Below the pieces are notes generated by a model, which saw only the letters and a program-made list of their open reading frames with translations, was not told the origin of the DNA and did no database searches. Source: Prorocentrum cordatum (taxonomy: Eukaryota). From it: a stretch of 46,656 nt of DNA. A program made the translations under genes and the position numbers. Where the stretch lies: the NCBI GenBank assembly GCA_963575745.1, contig CAUYUJ010000181.1, positions 620,001 through 666,656 of the forward strand. Direction: 5' to 3'. Shown here in pieces: positions 1-11,983 of this stretch. Within the stretch, counting starts at the first letter, position 1; every line of letters starts with the position of its first letter.

Positions 1-230
1 GTCCGCCGCGGCGCTGGCGGCGCGGAGGCCGCCGCTGCCGGCATCGTGGGCGCCCCTGAGCGCCACCGCGCCCGCGGCGGCGCCGGCGCCACTGGCAGCA
101 CTGCGGCCACGGAGGGCAGCCGCGCCCGCGCGCGGGGCACGCGGCGAGACGGGGCCCGGGGCCAGCGGGCCGTGGCTGCAGCTGCTGCCGCCGGTGCTAC
201 CGCTGCCGCTGGTGCGGCCGCGGCCAAGGG

Positions 231-272
<42 letters not shown>

Positions 273-1150
273 CTGTGCTACAATCGCGGGGCGCCTCCGA
301 GCGCGGGAGAGGCACCAGCGTCGAAATCCCAGGTAGCGAGGCCTGAAGGGCAGCCTGCTGGGCTCGGTCGGCCATGCCGGGAGCGCCGCAGCCATCGACG
401 CGGTCGGAAGCAGCGACCGCGCTGACAGTCAGTAGTGGTTGCTGCGGCTGAGGCTGATCATGCAGCTGTTCCGGTATATGCTTATGTGGCTCGCCTGCTT
501 GGCGCAAGCAAACATGCGACGATGGTAGCCGGCATGGCTGAGACTGCTCGCACTGATGGTGCTGCCAGTTCTGCTGGTGGTGGCACTGTTGATGCGGGCT
601 TTGGGAGCGATTCGGGCAAGGCTGCTGCTGTTGACCCAAAAAGTGTCCCCGGTTCTGAAGTGTGTCTTGTAACAAATTGCTGTGCTGCACAGGCTGGCAA
701 GGTTGCTGCAGCGGCGGCAACGGCGACCGATTGCACTGGCCGAGGGCGTGCACATTTCCGTGCTTTAGCCGTGGCTGGACAAACTGACGGTAGTGGCCAC
801 GGCGGTGCTGCTGGCACTCGGTGCCGTGCCGCTGCTGCTGGCGACTCTGCTGCTGTGGATGCAGCTGCGGCTGCTGCCGTGGCGACTGCCGCGGGAACTC
901 GTGCTGGCCCTGCAGCAGCGGCAGCCCTGCGGACAGAGCCCTGGCGCCCAGCCGCGGTGGCTCCGCGGGCGCTGGCGTGGACACGCCCGCGCGCGCCTCC
1001 GAGAGCGAGCGCCGTGGCGGGCAGCGCGCGCTAGCGGGCGCCAGCCCTGGCGGCGCGGCCGACGCCGCGGGGGCGCGCACCTCCTCGATCGCCGCGCGCG
1101 CGGCCAGGAACAGGGGCGTGGGGCACGCGGCGGGCGAGACCTCCATGAAA

Positions 1151-1385
1151 CAGGGACCGACCGTCCCGGCATTCCTATAGACAAAACAAAGCATTTTCCC
1201 ATGCTCCTAGAACCCATCGATGTTCTTATAACAAAACACGCTTTTCAGCACACATATTTCCCGACGAATGAAAACACGACAGCCTCTGAAAGAACTGTTC
1301 TAAGAGCGTTTCGCGCAGACCACCGAAAGGACCTCAGAAGACTCCTTGGTGGGCCGGCAGGCAAGCCAGGACGTTCCGCCACTGG
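1151..1385 (+). repeat. Dispersed repeat family D, copy 1
   Basis: Starts CAGGGACCGACCGTCCCGGCATTCCTAT (28 bp identical to 38930), then ATGTTCTTA repeats and AGCCAGGACG..CGCCACTG. Confidence 0.8.
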
Positions 1386-1392
1386 GGAACCC

Positions 1393-1543
1393 AAAAGGCA
1401 CCGATGCCGTTACTCCCCGGACCTCTCCTGGGGTGCGTTCTGACCAGGACTTCGAGGCGAATCCAGTGGTGGCGACGAGGGCCGCCCAGGAGGCCCAAAA
1501 AGGGGAACACGGGCGGGGGGGGTCGAGGTATGGGTGTACCTCT
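1393..1543 (+). mobile_element. Family E copy
   Basis: GGGGTGCGTTCTGACCAGGACTTCGAGGCGAATCCAGTGGTGGCGACGAGGGCC core. Confidence 0.75.
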
Positions 1544-1813
1544 GCCTCCTCGTGAGCCACTGCTCGAGACCTCCAGCCGCGCGCAGCTGCCGCGCGCAGC
1601 TGCCGGGCGCTCAGCCAGCGCCGGGGCGGCCGCAGCGGCCGCAGCGCCAGCCGCGGCGGCCGCAGCGCGGCGCCAGGCCGCCGCGGCAGCGCCGGGCGCC
1701 GCCGATGCAGGCAGTGCGCGGGCGGCGGGCACGTCGGCGGGGCCCGCCGCGGGCACGGCGGCCGCGCGGCAGTCGCGGAGGCGCTGGGCCACCGCAGGGT
1801 TCTTGCTGGCCCG

Positions 1814-2010
1814 GGGGAACAAAAAGTGGCATATAAACATAAAAACTCGGAGGTCCGCGCGGATTTCTCGGATCGGCGCTGGACCCCCCTCGCTGGCGCG
1901 CGGAGCGCGCCAGGGGCGGCGCCGGAGGCACCGCCGGGGGGCCCCAGCGCCGATCCGAGAAATCCGCGCGGGCCTCCGAGTTTTTATGTTTATGCCGCTT
2001 TTTGTTCCCC
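1814..2010. mobile_element. Foldback MITE family F, copy 1
   Basis: ~70-bp arms GGGGAACAAAAAGTGGCATATAAACATAAAAACTCGGAGGTCCGCGCGGATTTCTCGGATCGGCGCTGG and their near-perfect reverse complement, around a core CTGGCGCGCGGAGCGCGCCAGGGGCGGCGCCGGAGGC. Confidence 0.9.
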
Positions 2011-2662
2011 TATGGCCCACTCGGCCCACTCGGCGTCGATGTCGATCGGCGAGGCGTTCCGGGCCCTGGGTGGAGAGAAGAAGGTCCCCCCTCACAGCTC
2101 AATCATCACCCCGACGCGCGAGGCCGTTCCGCTTAATCATCACCCCCACGCGCGAGGCCGTTCCGCAAACAGGAATCGAACAGGGCATGGGCTGTTTGGT
2201 AAACGCCCGGGGCCGCGCAATAAACGCCAAAAATCGGGTCTGGTTGGTTTTTCCTCTCTTGACTGGGCGCGGGCCCACGAGGAGGAGGCGGGGCGGCAAG
2301 TCCCCAAGCATCCAAGGGATTTTACATGTGTCCCAAGTCCGCAGCCCAAAGGAGGTCCCGACCGCTTCCCATGGGTTAGGTTCGCCCCGTATTCATTCCC
2401 GATGGTCCCGGGGCCCGAAAAATGGGCCCCATGATTTGGACGCCCGAGATGTGTACAGAAAAGAACAAAAGGACACGATGCCCAACAACAGATGTTGCCC
2501 AACTCCGACTGCAGTCACTGTTGGGCAGGCAGGTTGTCGTCTCCAAGGGACCGACTGAGGCGACACCGGCAGCGATGCCTGTTCAAACCGGACAGGGGCT
2601 GCGTCGATCTGCGCCACTCTTTCTCTTCATGCCCATTTCGATCCTCCAGGCATGAGGCCCAA

Positions 2663-3964
2663 ATCCGCCGGCCCCCTTGTGGGGCCACCAGGCTGTAGGC
2701 CCGTGATTCGCAGTTTCCTGTACCAGTGGTAGCTTGTAGTTTCCAGTGTTACAGGTCTGCTTCTTGCTGGTTACTGTAACTAGTTGATTGACCGCGCGAG
2801 GGGGGGGGAGGCCCAAACGGGATTTTTAGCGTCTCATGGGCGCGTTGTCTGAATTGCTGGGGGGGCTCGAAATCGACACCCCTCACGCAGATCCGCGGGG
2901 TCAGGGTCCAAAAACACAGGGGATGTGCAACATTTCTGAAATTCGGTGCCACCCCTCACGCAGATCCGCGGGGTCAGGTCCAAAAACACATGGGATTTGC
3001 CACATTTCTGAAATTCGGTGCCACCCCTCACGCAGATCCGCGGGGTCAGGGTCCAAAAACATAGGGGATTTGCGACATTTCTGAAATTCGGTGCCACCGC
3101 TCACGCAGATCCACTGGGTTAGGGTCCAAAAACACAAGGGATTTGCCACATTTCTGAAATTCGGTGCCACCCCTCACGCAGATCCGCGGGGTTAGGGTCC
3201 AAAAACACAGGGGATTTGCCACATTTCTGAAATTCGGTGCCACCCCTCACGCAGATCCGCGGGGTCAGAGTCCAAAAACATATGGGGATTGCCACATTTC
3301 TGAAATTCGGTGCCACCCCTCACGCAGATCCGCGGGGTCAGGGTCCAAAAACACGAGGGATTTGCTACATTTATGGTTCCGTGCCACCCCTCACGCAGAT
3401 CCGCAGGGTCAGGGTCCAAAAACACGAGGGATTTGCTACATTTATGAAATTCGGCGCCACCCCTTACGCAGATCCGCGGGGTCAGGGTCCAAAAACACGA
3501 AGGATTTACTACATTTCTGAAATGCGGTGCCACCCCTCACGCAAATCCGCGGGGTCAGGGTCCAAAAACACAGGGGATGTGCCACATTTCTGAAATTCGG
3601 CGCCACCCCTTGCGCAGATCCGCGGGGTCAGGGTCCAAAAACACATGGGATTTGCCACATTTCTGAAATTCGGTGCCACCCTTCACGCACATCCATCGCA
3701 AGGCGTGGTAACCCAAACTGCGAGAACTCCCTCGGCCCTTTAATCGCAAGGTGTGGTAACCAAGCCCGTAAACCATACACGTCTTACCAATCGCCAGGTG
3801 TGGTAACCCCTCTTGTGATCAGTTGGTTTTGCTGATTGCGAATCGGCTTCGCATGAAGTTTCGATACTGCTTCACGACAGCGCCAAGGCCTCATGACTTA
3901 GCTCTTCCATGGCCCATTCTCCGAGAGAGGGGGCCGGCGGCAGGGGGCGAAGCCCTTACGGATA
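2663..3964 (+). mobile_element. Family H1 copy 1: non-coding element with asymmetric IRs, 3' hairpin and internal 73-bp array (Helentron/DINE-like)
   Basis: Starts ATCCGCCGGCCCCC and ends GGGGGCCGGCGG-CAGG-GGGCGAAGCCC-TTACGGATA. Both non-repetitive flanks (~210 bp left, ~120 bp right) are homologous to 16311-17169. Confidence 0.75.
2877..3690. repeat. 73-bp tandem array, ~11 units
   Basis: Unit CACCCCTCACGCAGATCCGCGGGGTCAGGGTCCAAAAACACAGGGGATTTGCCACATTTCTGAAATTCGGTGC; period 73 is also visible in ORF offsets 3046/3119/3192. Confidence 0.97.
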
Positions 3965-4199
3965 TAAACAAAACAATCGATACAATCTACATTTTAAAAG
4001 GTGTAAGTATATATATATGTGTAAACATACATATACAAATGTATGCATATATATAACTTTGCGGGACTGAACCAAAAACCAGGGGGGCGAGCGGGCGAGC
4101 GCGTGGGCGAGCGGCAGCGGAGGCCGGGGCGGAGGCGGGCGGGCGTCGGATGCTCCCCAGTACGACCAGCTGCGGCACAAACAAAAGAAGAGCAACACT

Positions 4200-4556
4200 C
4201 GGGTGGCGTCCAGCAGGGGGCCGTTCCAGAGTGGACGAGCGCGTTCCACTACTCGCAGAGTACCTACTCGCAGAGCACATACTCGCAGAGTACCTACTCG
4301 TTCAAGAGTGGACGAGCACAAACAAGAGCAGCAACATCCGGGGGCGTCCAGCAGGGGGCCGATCCAGAGTGGACCAGCGCGTTCCACTACAGTGGCCGTT
4401 CAAGAGTGGACGAGTAGGTACTCTGCGAGTATACTCGCAGAGTGCCTACTCGCAAATGGCCCATGGCTTGGGTCCGGCGCGGGGGATCTGTGATACATCT
4501 CATCGAAGCCAACACCTGTTTTTTTGTTGTTTGTAGGTTTGCGAGTAGGCGCTCTG
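4200..4556. repeat. Cluster of TACTCGCAGAG repeats, direct and inverted, with a 42-bp palindrome at 4411-4452
   Basis: CGAGTAGGTACTCTGCGAGTA|TACTCGCAGAGTGCCTACTCG; duplicated GGCGTCCAGCAGGGGGCCG.TCCAGAGTGGAC block. Confidence 0.9.
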
Positions 4557-4907
4557 CAAGTTGTGGAGCGCGCTCGGTGAAAGAGGGGGGGGCGCAAAGC
4601 ATGGCCGGCGGCACGTGCGCGGCCCAGGGGGGGCGGGGGGCGCATTGAGATAAGAAGAGACGCCATGACACCTCAGAAGATATCACAGCCCCCTCACCAC
4701 CCCTAGTCATCAACCCCTTCTGGGCCGCCCCCGAGACATCGACCCGAGCCCTGTTTGGACCCCAACATCCTGCGGCATGTCTCGAGCAGTGGTCTGGGGT
4801 CCCCGAACCAGGCAAAGAAAACCGCCAGCTGTGAGACGCAAAACTGGATCCCCAGACCCCCAGCGTCATGATTCTTGTTCATGGCGTGGGCCCCCTGCGG
4901 TCTGGAC

Positions 4908-7305
4908 TTGGGTCGGGCATGTCCCCCTACAGGCGGATTTGGAAAAACAAAAAAAACAAAAACAAAAAATTATGAGAAAATAATCGATCAGGGTCAAAAA
5001 ATAATCAAAATATAGTCCCCGAACTATTTCCCGGCGGTGCCGGGTGAAATGCTGTGCCCGCCGGTGCGACTGACTGACTGACTCACTGACTGACTGAACG
5101 TCAGGAAGGCACTTCGGACAACACGTTTCAATTCGCCCGCGCGCAACCGCAACTGGGCGACACATTTCAGGCCGTAAGCGCGCGCTACCGCAACCGCAAC
5201 CGGGCGACACATGTCAACCTGCCCGCGCAACCGCAACCGCAACCGCAACCAAACGACACATTTCAACCCGCCCGCGCAACCGCAACCGCAACCGCAACTG
5301 GGAGACACATTTCAGCCCGCCCACGCGCGCAACAGCAACCGCAACCGGGCGACACATTTCAACCCGCCCGCGCAACCGCAACCGCAATCGCAACCGGGCG
5401 ACACATTTCAACCCGCCCGCGTAAACGCAACCGCAACCGCAACTGGGCGACACATGTCAACCCGCCCGCGCAACCGCAACCGCAACCGAAACTGAGACCG
5501 CCCTTGCGCGCAACCGCAACCGCAACCGGGCGACACATTTCAACCCGACATCGCAACCGCAACTGGGCGACACATGTCAACCCGCCCGCACGCGCAACCG
5601 CAACCACAACCAGACGACACATTTCAACCCGCCCGCGTAAACGCAACCGCAACCGCAACCAAGCGAAACATTCCAACCCGCCCGCGCGCGCAACCGCACC
5701 GCAACCGGGCGACACATGTCAACCCGCCGCGCAACCGCAACCGTAATCGCAACCAGACGACACATTTCAACCCGCCCGCGCAACCGCAAACGCAACCGCA
5801 ACTGGGCGACACATTTCAGCCGGCCCACGCGCGCAACCGCAACCGCAACCGGGCGACACATGTCAACCCGCCAGCGCAACCGCAACCGCAACCGCAACCG
5901 GGCGACACATTTCAACCCGCCCGGGCAACCGCAACCGCAATCGGAACCGGGCGACACATTTCAACCCGCCCGCGTAAACGCAACCGCAACCGCAACCGCA
6001 ACCGGGCGACACATTTCAACCCGCCCACGCGCGCAACAGCAACCGCAACAACACATGTCAACCCGCCAGCGCAACCGCAACCGCAACCGCAACCAAGCGA
6101 CACATTTCAACCCGCCCGCGCAACCGTAACCGCAACCGCAACAGGGCGACACATTTCAAACCGCACGCGCAACCGCAACCGCAACCGCAACTGGGCGACA
6201 CATTTCAACCCGCCCGCGCAACCGCAACCGCAACAAAAACTGGGCGACACATTTCAGACCTCCCGCGCGCGCAACCGCAACCGCAACCAAGCGACACATT
6301 TCAACCCAGCCGCGCAACCGCAACCGCAACCGCAACTGGGAGACACATTTCAAAACACCCGCGCGCGCAACCGCAACCGCAATCAGGCGACACATTTCAG
6401 CCCAACCGCGCAACCGCAACCGCATCCATATAGCACAATTCAACCCGCGCGCACAACCGCAACCGCAACCAAGCGACACATTTCAACCCAGCCGCGCAAC
6501 CGCAACCGCAACCGGGCGGCGCAAATCAACCCGCCCGCGCAACCGCAACCGCAACCGCAACCGGGCGACACATGTCAACCCGCCCGCGCAACCGCAACCG
6601 CAACCGCAACTGGTCGACACATTTCACCTCGGGTACACACACGTCATGGTTCACCTTGCTCTCGTGTGCACATTTCTCTTTTCGTTGTTCGCTCACCTGC
6701 GGTCCTCCTGCAGAGGATCTGAAGAGGAAGGAGGGTGGGATGGAGGAGGGATGGCGGGAGGAGGGAGGGAGGAGGGAGGGAGGGCGGGGGGGAGCAGGGA
6801 GGGGAGGAGGGAGGGAGGAGGGAGGGAGGAGGGAGGGAGGAGGGAGGGAGGAGGCAGGGAGGGGATGAGGGAGGGAGGGAGGATCACGAGGAAGAGGAGG
6901 AGGAGGGGGAGGAGGAGGGAGAGGAAGAGGAGGACGAGAGACAGCGGGAAGAGAGGATTGGGCAGGATGGCCAGGAGGAGGAGGAGGACCACGACGACGA
7001 CGACGACGATGGGGAGGGGGATGCGGCGGTGGTCGTGTTCCAGAGGGTTGTAGGAGCAGGCGCCGATGGAGGAGGGGACCCGATGGCTCGATAGGAATAT
7101 AGAGGGCCAGGAGGTTGCGACGGAGGAGGGGGATGCCGATGAGGAGGACGAGGGGGAGGAGGAGGGCGAGGAGGAGGAGGACGAGGACGCGGCTCTCCGC
7201 CGGGACATTGCAGCGGGGGATCCCCATTCCACGCTGCTGCCTCGGATTTTTGACTACGTAGTTTTGGATACGTATTCCTCCTGTAGAGGGACATGCCCGA
7301 CTTAA
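4908..7305. mobile_element. Pair of TIRs of the same MITE family, 2.4 kb apart, enclosing the CAACCG array
   Basis: Left TTGGGTCGGGCATGTCCCCCTACAGG (4908); right CCTGTAGAGGGACATGCCCGACTTAA (to 7305); no clean TSD. Confidence 0.55.
5120..6627. repeat. Compound minisatellite: GGGCGACACATTTCAACCCGCCCGCG plus (CAACCG)2-4, ~39-51-bp units
   Basis: Roughly 30 units; a constant core with a variable hexamer count. Confidence 0.95.
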
Positions 7306-7461
7306 GTAAGCCTGGACCCGTTCCCCGGGACCGGTTCTTCTTCCTCCTGAGTCGTTATTTGACGGCCCCGACGGCCGGCATAAGGGTCCCCAGAGGCCGA
7401 ACCTCCCGAAAAGCCTCCCGACGTGATCATTGCACGACCCGAGGGGTCTGGGTCGCCGGTA

Positions 7462-7669
7462 GAGGAAGACAAAGCAGCATAAACATATACTTTTGGAGGT
7501 CCGCGCGGATCTCCTGGATCTGCGTTGGGCCCCCCGTCCTGGCGCGCGGAGTGCGCCAGGGGCGGCGCCGGAGGCGCCGCCGGGGGGGGGGGGGATAGTC
7601 CGCGCGGATCCGAGAAATTCGCGCGGACAGCACCGACAATTCATGTCTCAGGCGTCTCTCTTCTTCCTC
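7462..7669. mobile_element. Foldback MITE family F, copy 2 (degenerate)
   Basis: Same core (CTGGCGCGCGGAGTGCGCCAGGGGCGGCGCCGGAGGCGCCGCC) and GGATCCGAGAAAT arm. Confidence 0.8.
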
Positions 7670-8569
7670 GAGCCGGGCCCCCAGGGTCGGCCTGGCCACC
7701 GCTCGGGCGTCCATTCCCTGGGCTTTTGTCCGGCCTCGTGCGTGGCTTTTTCGCCGAATCATCCAGGATGCTCCTCGAGGGTGTCCTCGCCGAGGAAAAC
7801 ACGCACACGCCCGAGCGATGCCAATTGCCTCGGTGCCGCTTCTCCCCGCTGCCTGCGCCCCTCGCCGCCGCGCCTGGCGGCGGCGGGGGGCCCCCCGCGC
7901 GGGCCTCCGCCGCGCGACCGCTCCGCGCGGGCGCCCGCGAGAGCCCCGCGCGCCCGCGCGGGGCCTCCAAGGCGGCGCGCGCCACGGGGGCGGCCGGCGG
8001 CCCGGCGAGGAGCCGCTCCGGCGCCCCCGCGCGCGCGCTGCGGGGCCTCGGCGCGCCCGGCCGGTCCGCGCCGCCCGGCGCGGCGCGGTCGAGCGGTGCG
8101 CACGCGGCAGCGCTCGAGCACGCGGCCTGCCGCCACGGATCGGTGGCACCGGGCCTGGCGCGTGCCGGGGCCCACGAGCCGGGCGAGGTCCCGTGGGATC
8201 GGCGCCGGAACGCCCCAGCGGCCAAGCGATGGGCGATCGGGTGGTCGGTGGTGGCTGCGATCTGCTGCGCCCTTCCCTCTGCCTCCCCTTCCTCTGCCGC
8301 CTCACCTCCGCCTCCTCCAACCCTCCGCCCTCCTCCACCTCCTCCTCCTCCTCCTCCTTCCCGTGCCTGCTCCTCCTCATCTTTCTCGTTATCCTGCTCC
8401 TATGTCTACCCCGTTCCTGTTGCCGGATCTCCGTCCTCAGACCTGCTCTCGACCTCACCATCCCCGCTGCTTCCCTCCGAATTCCTCCTCCGAGTCATCC
8501 TCACCCTTGTACTCCATATCCTCGTCCTCAACCCACCCTGCGCCCTACTGTTCCTCCTCCTCCTCCTCA

Positions 8570-8735
8570 GCAGCAGCAGCAGCATCAGCATCAGCACCAG
8601 CAGCATCAGCATCATCATCACCATCACCATCACCATCAGCATCACCATCACCATCACCATTGCCATCGCCATCACCATCGCCATCACTATCGCCATCGCC
8701 ATCGCCATCACCATCACCATCACCATCACCATCAC

Positions 8736-8826
<91 letters not shown>
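8570..8826. repeat. (CAG)/(CAC-CAT)/(CAT)n compound microsatellite
   Basis: Direct reading. Confidence 0.97.
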
Positions 8827-8828
<2 letters not shown>

Positions 8829-10615
8829 ATCCTCCTCAACACCCGCCTCCCTCCCGTTTCTCCACCTCATCCTCCCACCCTCCTCATCCTGACCCTGCGT
8901 CCACACATACACCCACAGCGAACAGGAAGCTCCGAACAGACAACCTAAGTGAAACCCGCAGGCTAAACATAGACGCACGCACTCAAGGAGACCTGAGGAG
9001 AAGGGAGGAAGACAGACAGAGAGAGAGAGAGAGAGAAAAAAAAAAAAAAAAAAAAACTTCTCCCCCTCCCCCCTCCCTCCTCCCCCTGCCCACTCCACTC
9101 CGCCTCCCCCCTCCGCCTCCCCCCTCCGCCTCCAGCACCCCCCCGTCCCTTTCCCTTCCCGACTCCCCCGCACCGCCTCCCCCGCACCGCCTCCCCCCCC
9201 CCATCGGCAGGCGGTCGCGTGCGCCAAGCGGTGGGCGGGCGGGCGACACTGCGGCCCCGGCCCACCCTGGCGACGGCTGCCCGCCATCGGGGCGGGAATT
9301 CCAGACGAGACTCTGTTAAGGCGCTGGGAAGAGGACCAGAGCGGCGCGGAGGGACCGCGGGCGGGCCAGGAGAGGCCGAACCCCTGCAGCCGAGCACTCT
9401 TGGACCGCATGCCGCTCCGCCGGCTCTGGCCCGCCACGTTTCGGCGCCAACGCTGCCCACGCCCCGGCCCCCGGGCTCCCGGTGTCCCGAGTCTTTGCGG
9501 GCCTTCCGCCCAGCGGAGCGGAGCGACACGCGATCCGCTCGCCAGGCATCGCGTGTCAACGGGGCCGCCGCCGTGACACGCTGACCAGAAGACGGAACGT
9601 GGCACGATCCTCCTCCTCCTCCTGCTGCGGAGGAGCAGGATCGCGGACGAGGAGGGCGAGGATGAGGATGAGGAAGGAAAGGACTGAGGGGAGAAGGCGC
9701 AGGAGCGGGGGAGGAAGGGGAAGGGGAGGGAGGTGTCAGCGAGGATGAGGGAGAAAGAAGGAACGACAAATGCCAGAGGGTGAGAAGCAGGAGGTGAATG
9801 GGACGGACGAGCAGGAGGAGGGCAAGGAGGCAGATGAGGAGGAAACGATGAGGGAGTAGAGGAAAGAGAAGGAGGAGGAGGCGGCGGAGTGGAAGAGGGG
9901 AGGGAGGAGGGTGGGACGAGGTTGGGAGGACAGTGGGATGAGGGGAAGGAGAAGAGGAGGAGTAGGAGGATGGCAGGGAGTGTGGCGGATAAGGAAGCTG
10001 CGTTAGGAGGTGGAACAGAAAAAGACCGGTGTGCAGAGAGGCAGGTAGTGGAGAAGTAGTGAGACATGTTCAGAGGAGGAAGCGGGTGAGGCGGAGGAGT
10101 CCGATGAGACTGAAGAGGACAATGTGAGGGGGGGGAGGCAGAAGAGGGGCAAGGCATGCGGGGTGTGGAGCAGGAACATCGAAACTACGACGAGCTGGAA
10201 CACACAGAGCAGGGGGAGGACGAGGAAGGCACCGAGACCAGACCAAGGGATCTCTCTCACAGCAGGCCCTCGGCCCGGCCCACGGGAACCAGTGGAGAGC
10301 CTCTTAGTGAGGGGGTGGACGCAACGTCGTCGCCACCACCGCTTTCATCGACACCATCATCGTCGTCGTCGCGGCCATCGTCGCCTGCATCGGTGGGCGG
10401 GCTCGTCAGCAACGCATCTGCAACAGCATATACAAAATCCTTCGACGGAAACCTGGGTTCACACTCTCTTGACCCATCCTTTGCGGGCAGGGTGAGCTTG
10501 GGCAGCGCGATTGGAGCGCCAAGCTTGCTGGCGCCTTGAACACAAGATGGCCGCGGGCGCTATCTCCTGCATGGGTCCACGGCCAACATTATTTGCTTAG
10601 CGTGTCGCTGCACAG

Positions 10616-10767
10616 AGCCCTGCGATACGCTATGCCTTGGAAGCCGACTGCGTGTTGCTCTGCTTCGAGGGATGGACGGCTGAGAAAAAACTCGAAGCGT
10701 TGACGCTTGCGGACTGGGAAGATATTAGCGCGTCGCGCCGAAGCGATGTGTGCCAGAACCAGCCGCG
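10616..10767 (+). other. Possible exon of an intron-rich host gene
   Basis: Non-repetitive open frame SPAIRYALEADCVLLCFEGWTAEKKLEALTLADWEDISASRRSDVCQNQP, preceded by CAG and followed by G|GCACG (GC-type donor); no recognisable domain. Confidence 0.3.
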
Positions 10768-10825
10768 GCACGACACGCTAAGCCATTTGATTATTGCCCG
10801 TGTTGTTTCAGATGTGCGTGATCGA

Positions 10826-11018
10826 GAGAAAGAGAGAGAGAGAGAGAGAGATAGAAAGAGAAAAAAGGAGGGAGAGAGAGAGAGAGAGAGGAACAACAAA
10901 AAAAAGAAGAGAGAGAGAGGGTGACAAAGAGAGAGGGAGAGAGAAAAAACAAAAAAACAAAGAGAGAGAGAGAGAGAGAGAGAGAAAAAAAAAAAGAGAG
11001 AGAGAGAGAAAGAGAGAG
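10826..11018. repeat. (GA)n / A-rich microsatellite
   Basis: Direct reading. Confidence 0.95.
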
Positions 11019-11633
11019 CAACAGTTCGTACAAATATGTCTGCCCTGGCCTGGCGGGTTGTAAATGCTGCCCCAGCCATCCTCACACTGACGGGAGGTGC
11101 CGCAAAGCGTACACGGGTGGGGAAGAACGGCGGGCTAAGGGGTCTCAGAGTGACAAAAAAACGTGTTTGTGGTGATCAGGGCGTGACACGCCCTGTGAGC
11201 ACACCCGAGCATCAGGCGCCGGCTTGCATGGCGCTTTGGCCAGCGCGCAGCGGCACCTCAGCGAGCCGTGGCGCCACTGTGGGGCATCCCCCGCGGCAGC
11301 CCTGCGCAAAAGCTGTTGAACAGTTGCCGGTTGTTCTCGCGGCGCTCCCAGGAAAGGAGAGGCTGGCACTGGTGCGCTAGCGATGAGTTGTAAAGGTGCG
11401 CCAAGATGCTTCCCTTGAGAGTGAACACGAGAGAGGCAGTCATACGGAAGGCCCGTTGCAGGTCGTTCCATGCGGACTAGCTCGGTGGAGTCTGTTCAGC
11501 AGAGGGCTAGACTGCTCCTGGATGGAAAGAAGGGCATGCGCAAGCTTTGCGGCGCGCTGTTGCAGCGCCGTGACGCCAGCGATGGGATGTCAGAGACGCA
11601 CCGACGCGACTCCGATATATCCCACTAATGATG

Positions 11634-11673
11634 GAGAGGGGGCCTGCGGCAGGGGGCGAAGCCCTTACGGATA
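11634..11673 (+). mobile_element. Solo right end of family H1
   Basis: GAGAGGGGGCCTGCGGCAGGGGGCGAAGCCCTTACGGATA, one mismatch to the ends at 3925-3964 and 17130-17169. Confidence 0.8.
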
Positions 11674-11813
11674 AGATAGCACTGGACTCGGCCTCGCGCT
11701 TGTGGGGCGCGATCTGCAGCTCTGCACGCCGTGTGACGCTCGCGCAAGCCACTGCCACGAACGAGCGCATCTCTACTACATGAGGTTGTGGGAAGCGCGC
11801 GCCGTGCAGCAAC

Positions 11814-11983
11814 CGTTAATGATGGGCGTGTTTTCCACCACCACCACCACCATCAGTTGGAGGCGGGGGGGGTCCTCCTCCTCCTCCTCCTCCTCCTCCT
11901 CCTCCTCCTCCTCCTCCTCCTCCTCCTTCTTCCCCCTCCAACTTATGGTGGTGGTGGTGGAAAAACAAGCTCATCAGTTAACG
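11814..11983. mobile_element. IR element wrapping a (TCC)n microsatellite
   Basis: TTAATGATGGGCGTGTTTTCCACCACCACC..AGTTGGAGG / CCTCCAACT..TGGTGGTGGTGGAAAAACAAGCTCATCAGTTAA; a second left arm plus (TCC)n at 43433-43570. Confidence 0.75.

Noticed and set aside
2877..3690. CRISPR-like array (also considered for the 77-bp and 122-bp arrays)
   Set aside because: Whole units repeat with only point variants. There are no unique spacers and no cas genes, and the context is eukaryotic.
3956..3960. IS200/IS605-type TTAC target next to the H1 hairpin
   Set aside because: A 4-bp match is uninformative, it lies inside the conserved end, and no TnpA/TnpB/Fanzor ORF is present.
5574..6722. 382-aa PQ/RN/AT repeat protein
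   Set aside because: Artefact of the CAACCG minisatellite, with constant frame switching.
9035..9056. Poly-A tail of a retrocopy
   Set aside because: It is continuous with a (GA)n tract, and no TSD or upstream recognisable gene was seen.
7493..10157. Long ORFs of 376-608 aa with poly-S/I/H/M tracts
   Set aside because: They are open in several frames on both strands because of GC richness and triplet microsatellites; no domain signal.
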